From: Narcine bancroftii
Taxonomy: Eukaryota
Direction: 5' to 3'
NCBI RefSeq assembly: GCF_036971445.1
Contig: NC_091473.1
Location: forward strand, 206,026,001-206,090,000
DNA length: 64,000 bases
The translations under genes were made by a program, and so were the position numbers. The notes beneath the pieces are model-generated. The model had not been told where the DNA came from. It searched no databases and was given only the letters and a program-made list of their open reading frames with translations. Shown piece by piece: positions 49,706-63,036 of the stretch. The stretch's first letter is position 1. The number at the start of each line of letters is the position of its first letter.

Positions 49706-52700
49706 GGTGGAGGGATAAAATGGTATCCCTTTGGAGATTACGATGTAGGCTCTGTGAAAGCCAGAAGAGATGGGAGAAAATTTAAAGTATCTTTTTATCT
49801 TCAGTAGTCACCAAAGAAAAGAATATTGAGAGAGATGTAGTGAACAAATATGGTAGGGAGGTCATGGATAATATAAGAATCAATGATGAGGTAGTGTTAG
49901 CTATAGGGATAAAAGATCAAGGTGGATAAATCTCCAGGTCCTGACAAAATATTCCAGAGGAACCTGAAGGAGGTTAGTGAACAAATAGCGGGGTGGGTGA
50001 CCGAAATATTCGGCAATTGGGTGACTGTGAGGAAATGAGAGAGAGTGCCAGTGCAGAGTTCCCCTGTGGAAGTTCCCCTCAGCAACATATATTCGGCATT
50101 GGATACTGCTGGGGGGAACAGCCTATCAGGGATGAGTAGTGGGGTCTGGTCTCTGGCACAGCGGCTGCCCCTGAGGCTCAAGGAGGGATAAGAAGAGGGT
50201 AATTGTGGTTGGGGACTCACTTATCAGAGGGACAAATAGGAGGTTTGTTGGACGAGATCGGGGGTCCAGGTTGGTCTGTTGGCTCCCTGGTGCACGTGTC
50301 CGTCAATGTCTCTGATCGAGTTCACAGAATTCTGCAAGGGGAAGGTGAGCAGCCAGAAGTCGTGTTCCATGTGGGGACCAATGACTTAGTTAGAAGTGGA
50401 GATGAGGTCCTGAAACAGGAATACATAGAATGAGGCAGGAAGGTAAAAAGCAGGTCCTCTAAGGTAGTAATCTCTGGGTTGCTGCCGGTGCAACGTGCAA
50501 GAGCAGGTAGTAATAGGAGGATATGGAGGATGAATGCGAGAGTAAAGAGTTGGTGCAGGGGGCAGGGAAAACGATATTTGGATGATTGGGATCTCTTCTG
50601 GGGAAGGTCGGACTTGCACAAAAGAGTCCGACTCCACTTGAACTGGAGGGGTCCAATATCCTGGCAAGCAGAGTTGCTAGATCTGTGGGCGTGGGTTTAA
50701 ACTAGTTTGGCAGGGCGATGGAGAGCAGAGTTTGTGAGCAGTGTATAGGGTGATGACCACCTATTTAAGAATGATAAAGGTAACAAAGGAAGGATGGAGG
50801 TTAAGTTAAATGGTAGAAAAGGGTATATATGTGAGGGTCATTCTCTGAAATGCATGTACTTTAATGTAAGAAGCATAGTGAACAAGGTATATGAGCTTAG
50901 GATATGGATTGGCACTTGGAATCATGATGTTGTGGCAATTAGTGAGAGCCGGTTACAGGAGGGACAACACTGGCAACTAAATATTCCCAGAATACAAATG
51001 TTTTAGATGTGATAGAACAGGGGGTAAAAAAGTTGCTTTGCTTGTGAAGGAGGACATTATTGCCGTGAGGTGACAGGATGGTTTGGAGGGGTCGTCCAGT
51101 GAGGCTGTTTGGGTGGAATTGAGGGGTGGAGGAAGCATGAAGGCACTCATGGGAGAGTATTATAGACCACCAAATGGGCCAAGAAAATTGAAGGAACAAA
51201 TTTGTAAGGAGATAACATATATGTGTAATAACCATAAGGTAGTGATCATGGGAGATTGTAACTTCCCTCACATTGATTGGGATACCCATACAGTAAGAGA
51301 GCTGGATGGGCTAGAGATTGACAAATGTGTACAAGATAGTTTTCTTAATCAATACGTAGAGGAACTGACTCGGGACGGTGTAATACTGCATCTCCTGTTA
51401 GGGAAGGAGATAGGTCAGGTGTCTGAGGTTAATGTTGGAGAACAAGTTGGGTCTAGTGATTACAACTAACCATATAACCATATAACTCTATTAATTTAAG
51501 GTTGTTTTAGGGAAGAGCAAAGAAGGGCCTAAAGTTGAGGTACTGGATTGGAGAAAAGCAAATTTCGAAGGAATAAGAATGGATTTGGGGAGTATTGAGT
51601 GGGACGATTTTTTCAGGGAAGGATGTAAATGAAAAATGGAGATTATTCAAAGAAGAATTGTTGAGAGTGCAGAGTAGATATGTCCCAGTGAGGATCAAAG
51701 GAAATGCTGGAAGTCATAGGGAGCCTTGCTTTTCGTGGAATATTATAAATGCGGTTAGGAGAAAGAGGAAGATGTATAAGAAATATAAACAGCAGGGTTC
51801 TGAGAAATTGAGTGAGGACTACAAGGAGTGTAGAAACAAATCTTAAGAAATAAATTAGCAATGCCAAAAAGAGGCACGAAGAGGCTTTGGCATGCAGAGT
51901 AAGAATAAATTCAAAGGGTTTTCGATAGGTACATTAAAAGTAAAAGATTAGTGAGGGTTAAAATTGGACTCCTTGTGGATAGAGGGGGTACGCTATGTGA
52001 GAAGTCAGAGGAGATGGGGGAAAATTAAATTATTTCTTTTCCTCGGTATTCACTAGGGAAAATATATAGCACCAGTTGAAGTAAAGAAAAATAGTGGGGA
52101 GGTCATGAATCATTTAAGGATAACTGAGGAGGTAGTGATGGCAGTTTTAAAAAAAGATAAAGGTGGACAAATCTCTGGGTCCGGACAAAATATTCCCAAA
52201 GACACTCAGGGAGGCTAGTGTACAGATAGTGGGGCCATTAACAGAGATAAGTAGGATCTCACTGGTCACGGGGATAGTGCCAGAGAATTGGAGGGTGGCT
52301 CATGTTGTTCCGCTGTTTAAGAAAGGCCCCAAATGTAAGCCAGGAAATTATAGACCTGTGAGTCTGACGTCTGTGGTGGGTACGTTGATGGAAAGCGTTC
52401 TGAGGGATAGCATTTACAAATATATGGATAAACAGCGATTGATAGGTTAGTAGTCAGCATTGTTTTCTCAGGGGTAGATCATGCTTAACAAACCTTATAG
52501 AGATTTTCGAGGGGGTTACGAAGAAGATTGATGAAGGGAAGGCTGTGGATGTTGCCTATTTAGACTTTAGGAAAGCCTTTGACAAAGTTCCTCACAGGAG
52601 GTTAGGTAAAAAGGTGGAGGCATTAGGTATAAATAAGGAAGTAGTGAAATGAATTCAGCAATGGTTGGATAGGAGGTGTCAGAGACTAGTGGTAGAAAAT

Positions 52701-54515
52701 TGTTTGTCAAATTGGAGGCTGGTGACTAGCGGAGTTCCTCAGGGATCGGTCCTGGGTCCACTATTGTTTGTTATATATATTAACGACCTGGAAGAAGGGG
52801 TGGTGAATTGGATAAGTAAGTTTGCAGATGATTCAAAGATTGGTGGTATTTTGGACAGTGAGGAAGATTACCGTAGCTTAAAAAGAGATATAGGAAAACT
52901 AGAGGAGTGGGTTGAGAAATGGCTGATGGAATTTAATACGGACGAGTGTGAAGTGTTACATTTTGGAAAGGCAAATCTAAATAGGTCATATACATTGAAT
53001 GGTAGACAATGGAGGAATGCAGAACAACAAAGGGATTTAGGAGTTATAGTAAATAACTCAAAGTTGATATTCAGGTAGATAGAGTGGTGAACAAGGCATT
53101 TGGAATGTTGGCCTTCATAAATCGGAGTATTGAATTCAAGAGTTGGGATGTTATGATAAAATTGTAGAAAGCATTGGTGAGGCCAAATTTGGAATACTAT
53201 GTGCAGTTTTGGTCACCAATTTATAGGAATGATATAAACAAAATAGAGAGAGTGCAGAGAAGGTTCACGAGAATGTTGACAGGATGTTAGGATTTGAATT
53301 ACAGAGAAAGGTTGAGCAGCCTGGGGCTTTTTTTTCTCTGGAGCATAGAAGATTGAGGGAGGTGTTCAAGACTTTAAAAGGGACAGAGAAAAACGTGGAT
53401 AGGCCTTTTCAATTAAGAGTGGGGGATATCAAACCAGAGGCCATGGTTTGAGATTGAAAGGGGAATATTGTAAGGGGAATATGAGGGGAAATTTCTTCAT
53501 GCAAAGGGTGGTTGGGATGTGGAGTAAGCTTCCAGCGGAGGTGGTTGAAGCAGGAACGTTATTTACATTTAAGGAAAGAATGGATAATTACATGGAGGGG
53601 AGAGGATTGGAGGCGTATGGACCAGGTGCTGGTCAGTGGGACTAGGAGGGTGGGGATTTGTTCGGGCATGGACTAGTTGGGCCAAACAGGCCTGTTCGTT
53701 GCTGTATTTGGTTATATGATTACATTTAATGTATCACTGGCTATGGAGGAAGTGTCAGAGGACTGGAAAATGGTTTATGTTTTTCACTGTTCAAAAAAGG
53801 ATCCAAAAGTAAACCTGGTAATTATAGGTCTGTACTTCGGACGTCGGGAGTGGGTAAATTAAAAGAAATTGTTCTTAGAGATGGTACATATAACTATTTG
53901 GAAAGACAGGGATTGATTTGCTGTAGTCACACACAGATATATAGGGTGGTGAAGAATGCATTTATTATGTTGGTTTTCATAAATCAGAATATTGAATACA
54001 GAAGTTTGGATGTTATGGTGAAATGTGACAAGCATTGGTGAGGCCAAATTTGGAATGTTGGGTGCAGTGCTGGTCGCCGAATCATAGGGAAAATATAGAG
54101 AGAGTGCAGAGGAGGTTTGTGAGAATTTTACCAGGATTTCCTGGGTGGAGTTACAGGGAAAGGTTGAGAAGGCTGGGAGTTTATTCCCTGGAGCATAGAA
54201 GATTGAGGGGTGATTTGATAGAAATAATCAAAATTAGATGGGGGTAAGAAAGAGTCAATGTGAATATGCTTTTTCCATTGTGAGTGGGGGAGATTCAAAC
54301 GAGAGGGCATGCATTGAGAGTAAAAGTCTGTAAGTTTAGGGAAACATGAGGGGGAATTTCTTCACGCAGAAGTTACAGAAGTGAGATCGTTGTTAATATT
54401 TAAGGATAAGTTGGACAACTTTATGTACGGAAGAGGTGTGGAGGGTTCTGGACCGAATGTGGGAGAGTGGAAGATGGGAAAAGATGTTCGACAATGGCTA
54501 GTATATGGTTAAATG
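49706..54515 (+). mobile_element. Outer CR1 LINE fragment, split into 49706-50010 and 53724-54515
   Basis: KVDKSPGPDKIF..LKEVSEQIAGWVTEI continues as FNVSLAMEEVSEDWK after the inner element; VRPNLECWVQCWSP and RRLRGDLIE. Confidence 0.82.
50011..53723 (+). mobile_element. Inner CR1 LINE, nearly full length and decayed (ORF1 esterase, ORF2 APE-RT, 3' UTR)
   Basis: VIVVGDS and FHVGTND (SGNH esterase); CMYFNVRSIVNK, YYRPPN, GNYRPVSLTSVV, SGVPQGSVLGP, KFADD. Confidence 0.93.
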
Positions 54516-55338
54516 ATAGGACAGCCTTGTGCTGTTTTCCTTGATCGTTATGTGCAGATTAATGCTGCGATGGATTTTTCTAGTGTCAGCTCACGGCCTT
54601 GCAGGAGCACCTTCCGCATACTATCATCACAAATGCTAGAGACCATTCTGGTTTTAGTTACTCACAAAGAGTGCCAAACTCACAGGTTTCGCACTGATTT
54701 TCAAATCGCCAATATCTGAGTATATCGACGTGCTAGGCTTTTGATATCTTATGTTAGATTTGTGCCTTTCCATTGCCATATTTTTCTGACGGTTGGACAT
54801 TTCTCTAAATTTATGCTTTAAACATTCGGAGTCCTTTCTTGACTTACCCGGCGGGGGGAATGTTTCCATCACGTATTTCACTCACATTTACAAATAATCT
54901 TTCCTTTTCAATGACCTCTCTGCCCGCAATATATAACAAAATTTACGCTGTGTGCTGACAGGCATGCCACTGTGTGCTTCCACTCTAAATATGTCATATT
55001 TTTGTTCACAAACTGTGACAGTTTTTTTGCCACTGTTCAATCAAACGCGATTGGGCTGATCCTTCTGAATCCTTCCGCCATCATGCTGACTGTGCAAAAC
55101 GTGGTTGCGGTTATTCACTGCGGCTATGATTGGATGTTTTCAGGCTTGGGACACATTTGTTCCCACTATTTTCGTTATTGCATGATTAAAAACAAGTCCA
55201 GTCGGCTTGTGAGGCAAACCAGACATAAGGCTTTACTGAACACAACCAAATGTGCTGGACATGCTCTCACACGTGCAGTGTACTGTTGCGAATACCGTGG
55301 CTGCAATGAGATTTCATTGAGTGCAGAGCAACAGATGG

Positions 55339-55530
55339 CCCAGTCTCCATCTGAGGTGTGCCTGCCTTCTGCTACATCCAGCATCCTAGATATCAGCTGA
55401 GATATTTACTAAAATAATAAGCACATGGGTGAAGACCAGTCTTTGAGTTTCCGGGACCGGTTTCTTCTGCCTATCAGAAATTAAGTTATCCGTTTCCTCC
55501 GACTTCCATGTCTCTGCGCCATGTAGCCAT
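55339..55530 (+). pseudogene. 3' part of the split TCR V pseudogene
   Basis: QSPSEVC (V3: QFPSEAW), AFCYIQHP, FRDRF, YQK, LCAM*P align to the V3 exon with deletions; RSS destroyed. Confidence 0.82.
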
Positions 55531-58500
55531 CTTGACGAGGATGTGTTTGTGGTTTTGGGTCAGGAACCTACATCAATTATCAGAAAATTGAAGGGGCAGT
55601 GTCGACATAAAAGGCGAATGGATTTGGTGGGACAGGGTGTTATGGCTCTTGGATATACTATATGAGTGCACTATGCGGATTGCAGCTCACATCGAAAGTG
55701 TTTCACACCTTATTTCAACACAGTTTGCCCAAAGTACCAACGTCAACTTTCTCTTCTCCAAACCCCTGGCATGCAAAGTTTTATGGAGTTTTCTGTGGGG
55801 TGATTGCTCTAGAATAAAGGTTGAGCTGCATGTTTTTACAAGCGCCTTATATATTGGGTCCAATCCAAGGCTTGAATTAATTATTTCCGTCTGAACTTGC
55901 GGCCAACCAACCCAATATAAATATCTCCGATTTTTAAAGAAAAACATTGCAGATCATAGCATGCATCGAACAATTATTTTACAACTTTGCAAAAAGAAGG
56001 GACTGATATCCTTACATTAACAGGGCCCCGGTTAGAAACGCTGGTTTTGTTTAGGATCGTGTGAGTTGGAGCATAATGCTTCGTTCAAGAGATGGTGGGA
56101 TCGTGAAAGAAACAATGAGATATCAAGGCAAAGAGAAGGTGAGATCTTGCGAGGGAGAGACAGATGAACAGAAAGAGCCGGGAAAATAGTCAACGGACTT
56201 AAAAGAAGAAGACATCTATATGTATGGAAACATTCCATACCTGTTAACGTATCCACGACAATCAATGTGTCCCACCCACACAAACCCACTTTGCAATCGT
56301 ATGTACAATCAACGCATTCAGCATCCTGTTCTGTGCAATCACCACACTCGACACTTACTATTCACTAACCTGCTAAATATCTCTTCGTTCACCCTGAGTG
56401 TGTGGTTCCCAATTTCCTTACTCTGAGGAAAAGACTGCATTTCCCATGATGTATTCCTCTCCTGATTACGTGTATAACTAGAAAACATCGCTGATCGTCC
56501 TGGGGTCCAATTAATAAAGTCATAGCCTCCCCCAACTCTCCATATAGCTCAAGCATCAGAGTCCTGGAACCATCCAAATAAATATACTTTTCGACCTCTC
56601 GATATTGGCAACTTCTTTTCTACTACACGGTGACCAAATCAGAGCACAACAATCCAAATAGGACCGCACTATCAAGTTATAAAGCTGAAAAAATAACTTC
56701 AAACATCTCTACTCATGAGTGGAACCGATGCAGGCAAATCGGCGGAGAGCCTTGTGACGAGCATATCTACCAATGTAGTGATACACATTACCAGCGCACC
56801 TCTGTCCAGCCATATTTATCGGATTCCTGCCTTTCGCTCTATAGGTCATGACCACGTTGGATCTCCCAGACACAACAGCTGACTATTCTGAAATAAATTC
56901 AAAAACTATTCAACTTCCGACCAGCCCAATCTGTGAAAATTCCACTGCAATCTTTTTCAAACTTCTTCACAATCTAAAATGCCTCACACGTCAGTTTCAT
57001 ACGAAAATGTGATCAACCTCCCACGAATATTTTAATCCAAATCATTGGAATAGATGTCAAATTGGATTAGTCTCAGTACGAAAGCCAACATACGAATTGC
57101 ATCACCTGTGAGAGATTACAAACTGTTATATCTAACAGCCAATTTCAGACTAGAAGAACACCACTGGGCAAAATAGAATATTGGCTCTTTTTGAATTTTC
57201 CCGACGTATTTTTATGTGGCAGGACATAGAACAAATATTAGAGTCTATCCAGTTTGTATCCGGAGGTAAACTTTGTTAGTAGCCTGTTGTCCTACTGATA
57301 ATTTCGATGTTACCCGAGGAGTTTATTCTTAAACGGCTCCTGTGGAAACCGTTATTTTGATTTACTGCCAACTACTGAAGATTGCACACGTTGATACAGG
57401 ATCATATGTTATGATTCAAAGTCTCAGAATCATCTGAGTTGACGCCAGGAGAGGAACGATCTGTAACAATTAATTGAAACTACACGACAGCACTCAGTCA
57501 CGACTCATGCGTTTTGTACACCTGGTGATCCGAAGAATATACGAATTACCTACTGAAGATATTCAAAATTGAATTAGCAGAATGATTTATACATTTCCCA
57601 GACTGGTTATCTGATATTTATCATCAGACAATTTGGCTTTCTACTTCTTCTATCTTGAATCTGAGGCCGAGTGTTTCCGTGTGCCATGAGATCCACACTA
57701 TGGCCGAGTATCAGCAGACATTTATAAAGACCCTGTAGTTCCAGAGATCTCTCACCATAGGGGACACTAATCCGATAAACGGAAGTGAGCAGATGCAGAT
57801 AATTTTCTTAGTTATCAGCAAATGTATTTCAAATCTTATTTGTTTCAAGGACATGAGTCTCAATCCCTTCAATTTTCCCCTTATGTGATACGTCCACCCC
57901 CTTTGACCACTCACCCCGCTTCCATACCTAGCACAAAACAATCAACATATTTCTTTTAGCGTTTGATCCTGAATGAGCATCGAACTCAATCTTTCTTCAT
58001 GTCCATTTTATTTTACGATCAGAATGTATCTCCGTGATTCTACTAATCCTGTTGTATTGCTGATAATAAAAATGGAATAGATAGTTTGAGGTACAACATA
58101 TTTTATGCATGTTGTGAATCGCTGAGGAAGTGTGATTTAGCGATTATGAGACAANNNNNNNNNNNNNNNNNNNNNNNNNNNNNNNNNNNNNNNNNNNNNN
58201 NNNNNNNNNNNNNNNNNNNNNNNNNNNNNNNNNNNNNNNNNNNNNNNNNNNNNNNNNNNNNNNNNNNNNNNNNNNNNNNNNNNNNNNNNNNNNNNNGAGA
58301 AAGAGAGGCAGTGAGAGGGATAGAGATAGAAAGAGTGTGTGAGAGAAAGAGAAAAAGAGTGTGCGCGCGAGCGAATGAAAAATGCGTGGACATGGATCAG
58401 GTGCTGTGAAACGACTAACGAGTATTCAGAAATTTCCTCGCTTTTAAGTGGCCAGCGAATAGGGGACTGCGGAACCGCCCATATTCCCGCGTCAAAGAAG

Positions 58501-58548
58501 AGCTTGCGACTGATATGTGTAGTATCAGACTTCAAATGCGCTTGCAGC

Positions 58549-58639
58549 ATGAAATCTCTCTTCTCTTTCCCGTTTGTTTTGGAAGCCCTCACCATATTGC
58601 CTCTATGGTTCACGCTGATTATAACTTCCTTGTTTCCTG
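58549..58639 (+). CDS. TRAV/TRDV: TCR V3 leader exon; expected start (58594) reads ATA, with an in-frame ATG at 58549
   Basis: MKSLFSFPFVLEALT-ILPLWFTLIITSLFP-G, phase-1 GTAAGT donor at 58640, 85-nt intron. Confidence 0.7.
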
Positions 58640-58724
58640 GTAAGTCCCTGTTGAAATGAATATCTTGCGTCTTGTGACTGTGCATCACTTTCAAGATTAT
58701 CAAAGTCTCCATTTTGTATTGCAG

Positions 58725-59031
58725 GGGCGTTTGGCGACGAATATATCTCCCAGTTTCCATCTGAGGCGTGGGTGGAAGAAGGACGAACAATAACGCTAAA
58801 CTGCAGCTACCCCTCAAATTTCAATGGCTATGATGCCTTTTGGTACATCCAGTATCCTGCACATGCGCCAACATATGTACTAAAAATATTAAGCACTGGG
58901 TTCGAAGACAAGGCTTCAGAATTCCGCGATCGGTTTTCTGTTACTTATCAGAAAACAAGCCGAATGGTTCCTTTAACTATCTCCAGCGTCGTTGTCTCCG
59001 ACTCGGCCGTGTATCTCTGCGCGATGTCGCC
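58725..59031 (+). CDS. TRAV/TRDV: T-cell receptor alpha/delta variable exon V3, open reading frame
   Basis: TTGCAG acceptor; AFGDEYISQFP..ITLNCSY..FWYIQYP..DRFSV..VPLTISSVVVSDSAVYLCAMSP; no stops. Confidence 0.92.
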
Positions 59032-59070
59032 CACATTGTAGCAGAAAGGGAGAAAATCCGTTCAATAACA
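59032..59070 (+). other. 23-RSS of V3
   Basis: CACATTG 59032-59038, 23-bp spacer, TCAATAACA 59062-59070. Confidence 0.85.
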
Positions 59071-61034
59071 CTCCCTCGTAGAGATCATGAGGTGTCAGAA
59101 GGTGGCGCCATTACCTTTGCGAACAAGCAGAGGTGGCTGCTGACAAATCCGATTCTGTTGCACAAATAAAAGCGAAATAAACACCTCAAAGGCCAGTAGC
59201 TTCTATGAGGTCGAGTGTTTGTTCTCTTAGGTCAGGAAGCTGCATCAACTTTCAGAATATAGAAAGGAGTGTGCCGACATAAAGGGGCGAAAAGATGGGA
59301 TGGGGTAGGTTATTTCAGGTTCTTGGATACATCAGGCGAGGTCAATATGCGGACCGAAACTCAGATCCAATGTGTTGCACACCTTTTTTCTACACTCTTT
59401 TGTACAATGTACCGTGCATTCTCCACAATTTCAATTTTCTCTTCCCCAGTAACTTTGTCGCCAACCAGAGTTTCAATTGGGTCATTCCTCTTGAATAGCC
59501 GTTGAGCTCCCTTACGTGTAGCCTCCATGCAAAGGATTTATATAATTATTTCCTTCCAAACTTGAAGCCAAGTAACCGAGTCTAAATGCATCCAATATTT
59601 AAAGAGTCCGTGTTGCCCGAATTGTGAAGAAATTTAATATCACAAATGCACATCGCTATTATTGGATCAGGATGTTTCGAGGGAGATTGTGCTCTCTGCC
59701 ACTTTACCACGACAGTGTGCAGTGGGAGCATTAGCACGTTGGGTCTCTTTACATTTCATAGGATTGATCGAACATTTATATGAGAACTTCTGAAAAAAGG
59801 CACATGCTAACGCGTTCTGCTGTGAAACGCTGGTTATATTCTTTTGCTTCTGATGGAGGCCACGTGACTTTCTGAGTTCATTTCGAACATTGTGTGTTAC
59901 ACTAAAACCACAGAGTCTGGAATCGTAACTGTGTAACACTGAAATCAATTGAATTTTGCAAGAATTATGGTTCATATGATATCACAGAAGAATGCACTGA
60001 AAACAGGAAGTACAAGGGCTGTACTGACACTGATATAACAGAGAAATGCTGGAATTCTAAAGCAATATATACTGTGAGGGGAGGGTAGAGTCAATGAATG
60101 AGTGCATGAGAGAGAGAGAGTAAAAGCGAGATAAAACGGATGAATATATCGAGAAGGAGAGGGGGATGTAAAAACGGAATACAATGTAGAATTTCTGATG
60201 AACAATTTTGTTAACATCGAGAGAGAGTTGGGACATAAGGTTTCCTTCGCGAAATATCTGAAGAGAGGAGTCAAAAATCAGCCATAAAGAGCAATAAATG
60301 GGTGGGAGTTTGTGAGGGCGAGAAAATGGCATGGAGGCAGATGGGCCGACAGAGGTGGAGAAACAATCAAAACACATAAAAAACCAAACATACAGAGACA
60401 GAGTGCGTGGAAATAATCCATTAAATTATACACGCCCTTCAAACTGTCCCACTCACACAAATCCCACCTTCTAGTGTTTGGCGGATGTCCTTCTAATCCC
60501 AACCGTTTATCCGTCTATTTTTCTGCAATATTGCTTTCGAATATACAACAACCACCACCTCAGATGCCTGTTCTAGACATCTTCCACACTTCCTTAATAA
60601 CCCGTTACATTTCTCTTCTCTTTATTTAAACCTGTGCTTCCCAATTGGAACATCGAATAACTGTTGGTGTCTACCCAGGTTGGGTCGGCGTTAAACTGTA
60701 TTATGATCCTATTGTCCTAATGAACATTTCAAAGTTCCCCTCTGAGTTTTTCCTATAACAACTCCTGCAGAAACACTAGTTTCATTTCCAGCTACTACAA
60801 TTTTTGCGCTTTGTTGCACGAGCATGCAGCGAATATTCGATGTTCCAGAATTGTTTGAGCTGATGCGAGAAAAATAACGAGCTGTAACACTGAATGGCAG
60901 TTACTCAGAGGCGGTCAGTGATGACACTGTCATTTACTACTTCCCATAATTCAAAGGAGAGTTGAAATAGTTGAAAAGTCTTGTGAAGATATTCAGCACT
61001 GGATCCGCAGGGAGATCTCTAGATTCTGGTACTC

Positions 61035-62510
61035 GCCAACGGGTGGAAAGGCCATACTGGATCTAATTCAAGTTGCGGACCTCGTGGTGGATGAGCACAT
61101 TGGTGAAAGTACGCACAACACCCTGGGTTTTAGCATAGTTATGGACAAAGAAAAGATCAGACAAAAAGGAAACGTGTTCAATTGGGTAAGGGTTAATTAG
61201 GTTGGGTTGAAGCAGCAATTTGCGGAACTAAATTGGAAAGAAAGGTTCAAAGGTGAAAGTACAGAATTACGTGCAATAGGTTCAGGACAGTTTTGTCCCA
61301 ATGAGAGTAAAGAGGAGTAAAAAACGATCCGAGTTTGATGAAATATGTGAGGTAGCTAGTCGGGAGGAGGAAGGAAGCAGGCATTAGATACAGGAATCAG
61401 GAAGGTCTCATCAGAAATAGATGTACCAAGGATGGAACTTAAGAAAAGCGTTAGGAGAGCTCGAAGGGCGCATGACAAGGCTTTGGCATGTAGGATTGAA
61501 GAGAACCCAAGGCGTTGTATGCGTACATGAAGCACAGAAGGATGATGACCATGAACGTGGGGGCCGTTAAAAGATAAAGGAGGTAACATGTGCCTGGAGA
61601 CGGAGGAAGTTGAGAATGTCCTACATCAATGGTTCCCGACTTTTTAATTTCCACTCACGTTCCACTTTAATTAATCCCTATGACATAGGTGCTCTGGGAT
61701 TAGTGATGGAGTGTATAATGTGGAATGTGGGTGGGAAGAAAATATTTGAAAACCGCTGTTTTAATCGTACCTCATTGACTCGTTATGTGCAAGGTTTCAT
61801 AACTCCAGAGGATAATGACAATTTTTCTCAAGTAAAATATTTCAGTTACAATTGCGTCCAGAGCAGTGATTCTCAACCTTCCCTTCCCACTCACATACCA
61901 CTTTAAGCGATCCCTTACTAATCACAAAGCACTTATGGCAGAAGGATTGCCTAAATTATTATGTCAGTGGAAGGAAAAAGATCGAGAACCACTGTCCTCA
62001 ATGAATAATTTGCTCCTGTATTCACAAGATAAAAGGACGCAGATCAGGGTCTGGTTGCAATTGAACCAGTCTATATTCTGGAGAATGTTGAGATTAAGGA
62101 AGAGGAGGTGCTAGATCGTATTAAAAACATTAAAATTGTTAATTCCCCTGCGATATACCTAATTTGCTTTGGGAAGCGAGGGAAGGCATAGCTGAGTCAG
62201 TGGCTTTGATCTTCGAGTCGTATTTGGCTACAGGGTATGTGCCGGAGGATTGGAGATTGGCAAATGACGTCGCCTTGTTTAAAAAAAGGTAATAGGGAGA
62301 ACCCTGGGAATTATAGATTAGTTATTCTTCCGTTAGTGGTTTGCAAACTATTGTCGAGGATTCTTAAGGATAGGATCCATAACAATTTTGATACGTACAG
62401 TCTACTCAGGGATAGTCCACATGGCTTAGTGAAGAGAAGGTATTATACTTGAGTTTTTTGAGGATGTATCAAAGGCAATGATCAGTGCAGTGCGGTAGGT
62501 GTGGTCTACA
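61035..62510 (+). mobile_element. Decayed internal CR1 ORF2 fragment
   Basis: GPLKDKGGNMCLETEEV, KKGNRENPGNYRLV..VVCKL. Confidence 0.8.
61627..61994. mobile_element. Non-autonomous hAT-like MITE inside the CR1
   Basis: Ends CAATGGTTCCCGAC and ATCGAGAACCACTG (imperfect TIRs); 8-bp flanks tcctacat and tcctcaat; extra internal TIR copy at 61864. Confidence 0.75.
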
Positions 62511-62918
62511 ACCATCATATGCTATGATGCATGTAGACCACACCTACTGCTTGCAAGGATATATTTGTTGTTTTTTTTTTTATGAACGCTGGAAAGCTCG
62601 GCTGAGTTCCTACAGAATTTTGATGTATTTTTACCGAAGGATCAACGTTGTTCAACGGGCGTCTATATTTCGAAAATGATTGAATGACATCGTTCTACTG
62701 ATCGAATTTCTTTCCGATTCAGGAGACGAGATTTCATGATTCCACAATCCTCTCCTGTAACCGATCATCGATTCATAATGCTTCAGATATTTTGGGGTAC
62801 AAAGTATCTCGTGCCTGTTGTGAATTTATGAGGAAGGGTAATGCAGAAATTGAGAGATAATGGCATACATTACACACCCACCCATCCCCCTACACACAGG
62901 AATATTCGCTTACAGTGT

Positions 62919-62994
<76 letters not shown>

Positions 62995-63036
62995 TTCTCT
63001 CGGATCCTTGATCATCCGCTATTGCTCTAAAAGTTT

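Larger units (their letters stand above)
46202..55338 (-). mobile_element. Old Gypsy retrotransposon inserted in the V exon and interrupted by CR1s
   Basis: gag start MAEGFRR.SPIAFD at 55081; ECLKHKFRE..MERHK; PLLGLSACMDMGL; LDKELLAIVFAC; IN PW..TDIFEW..LIDSYS; terminus GLVCKPNLKYQE* near 46326; both end segments start (t/c)gttattgc (46202, 55173). Confidence 0.85.
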
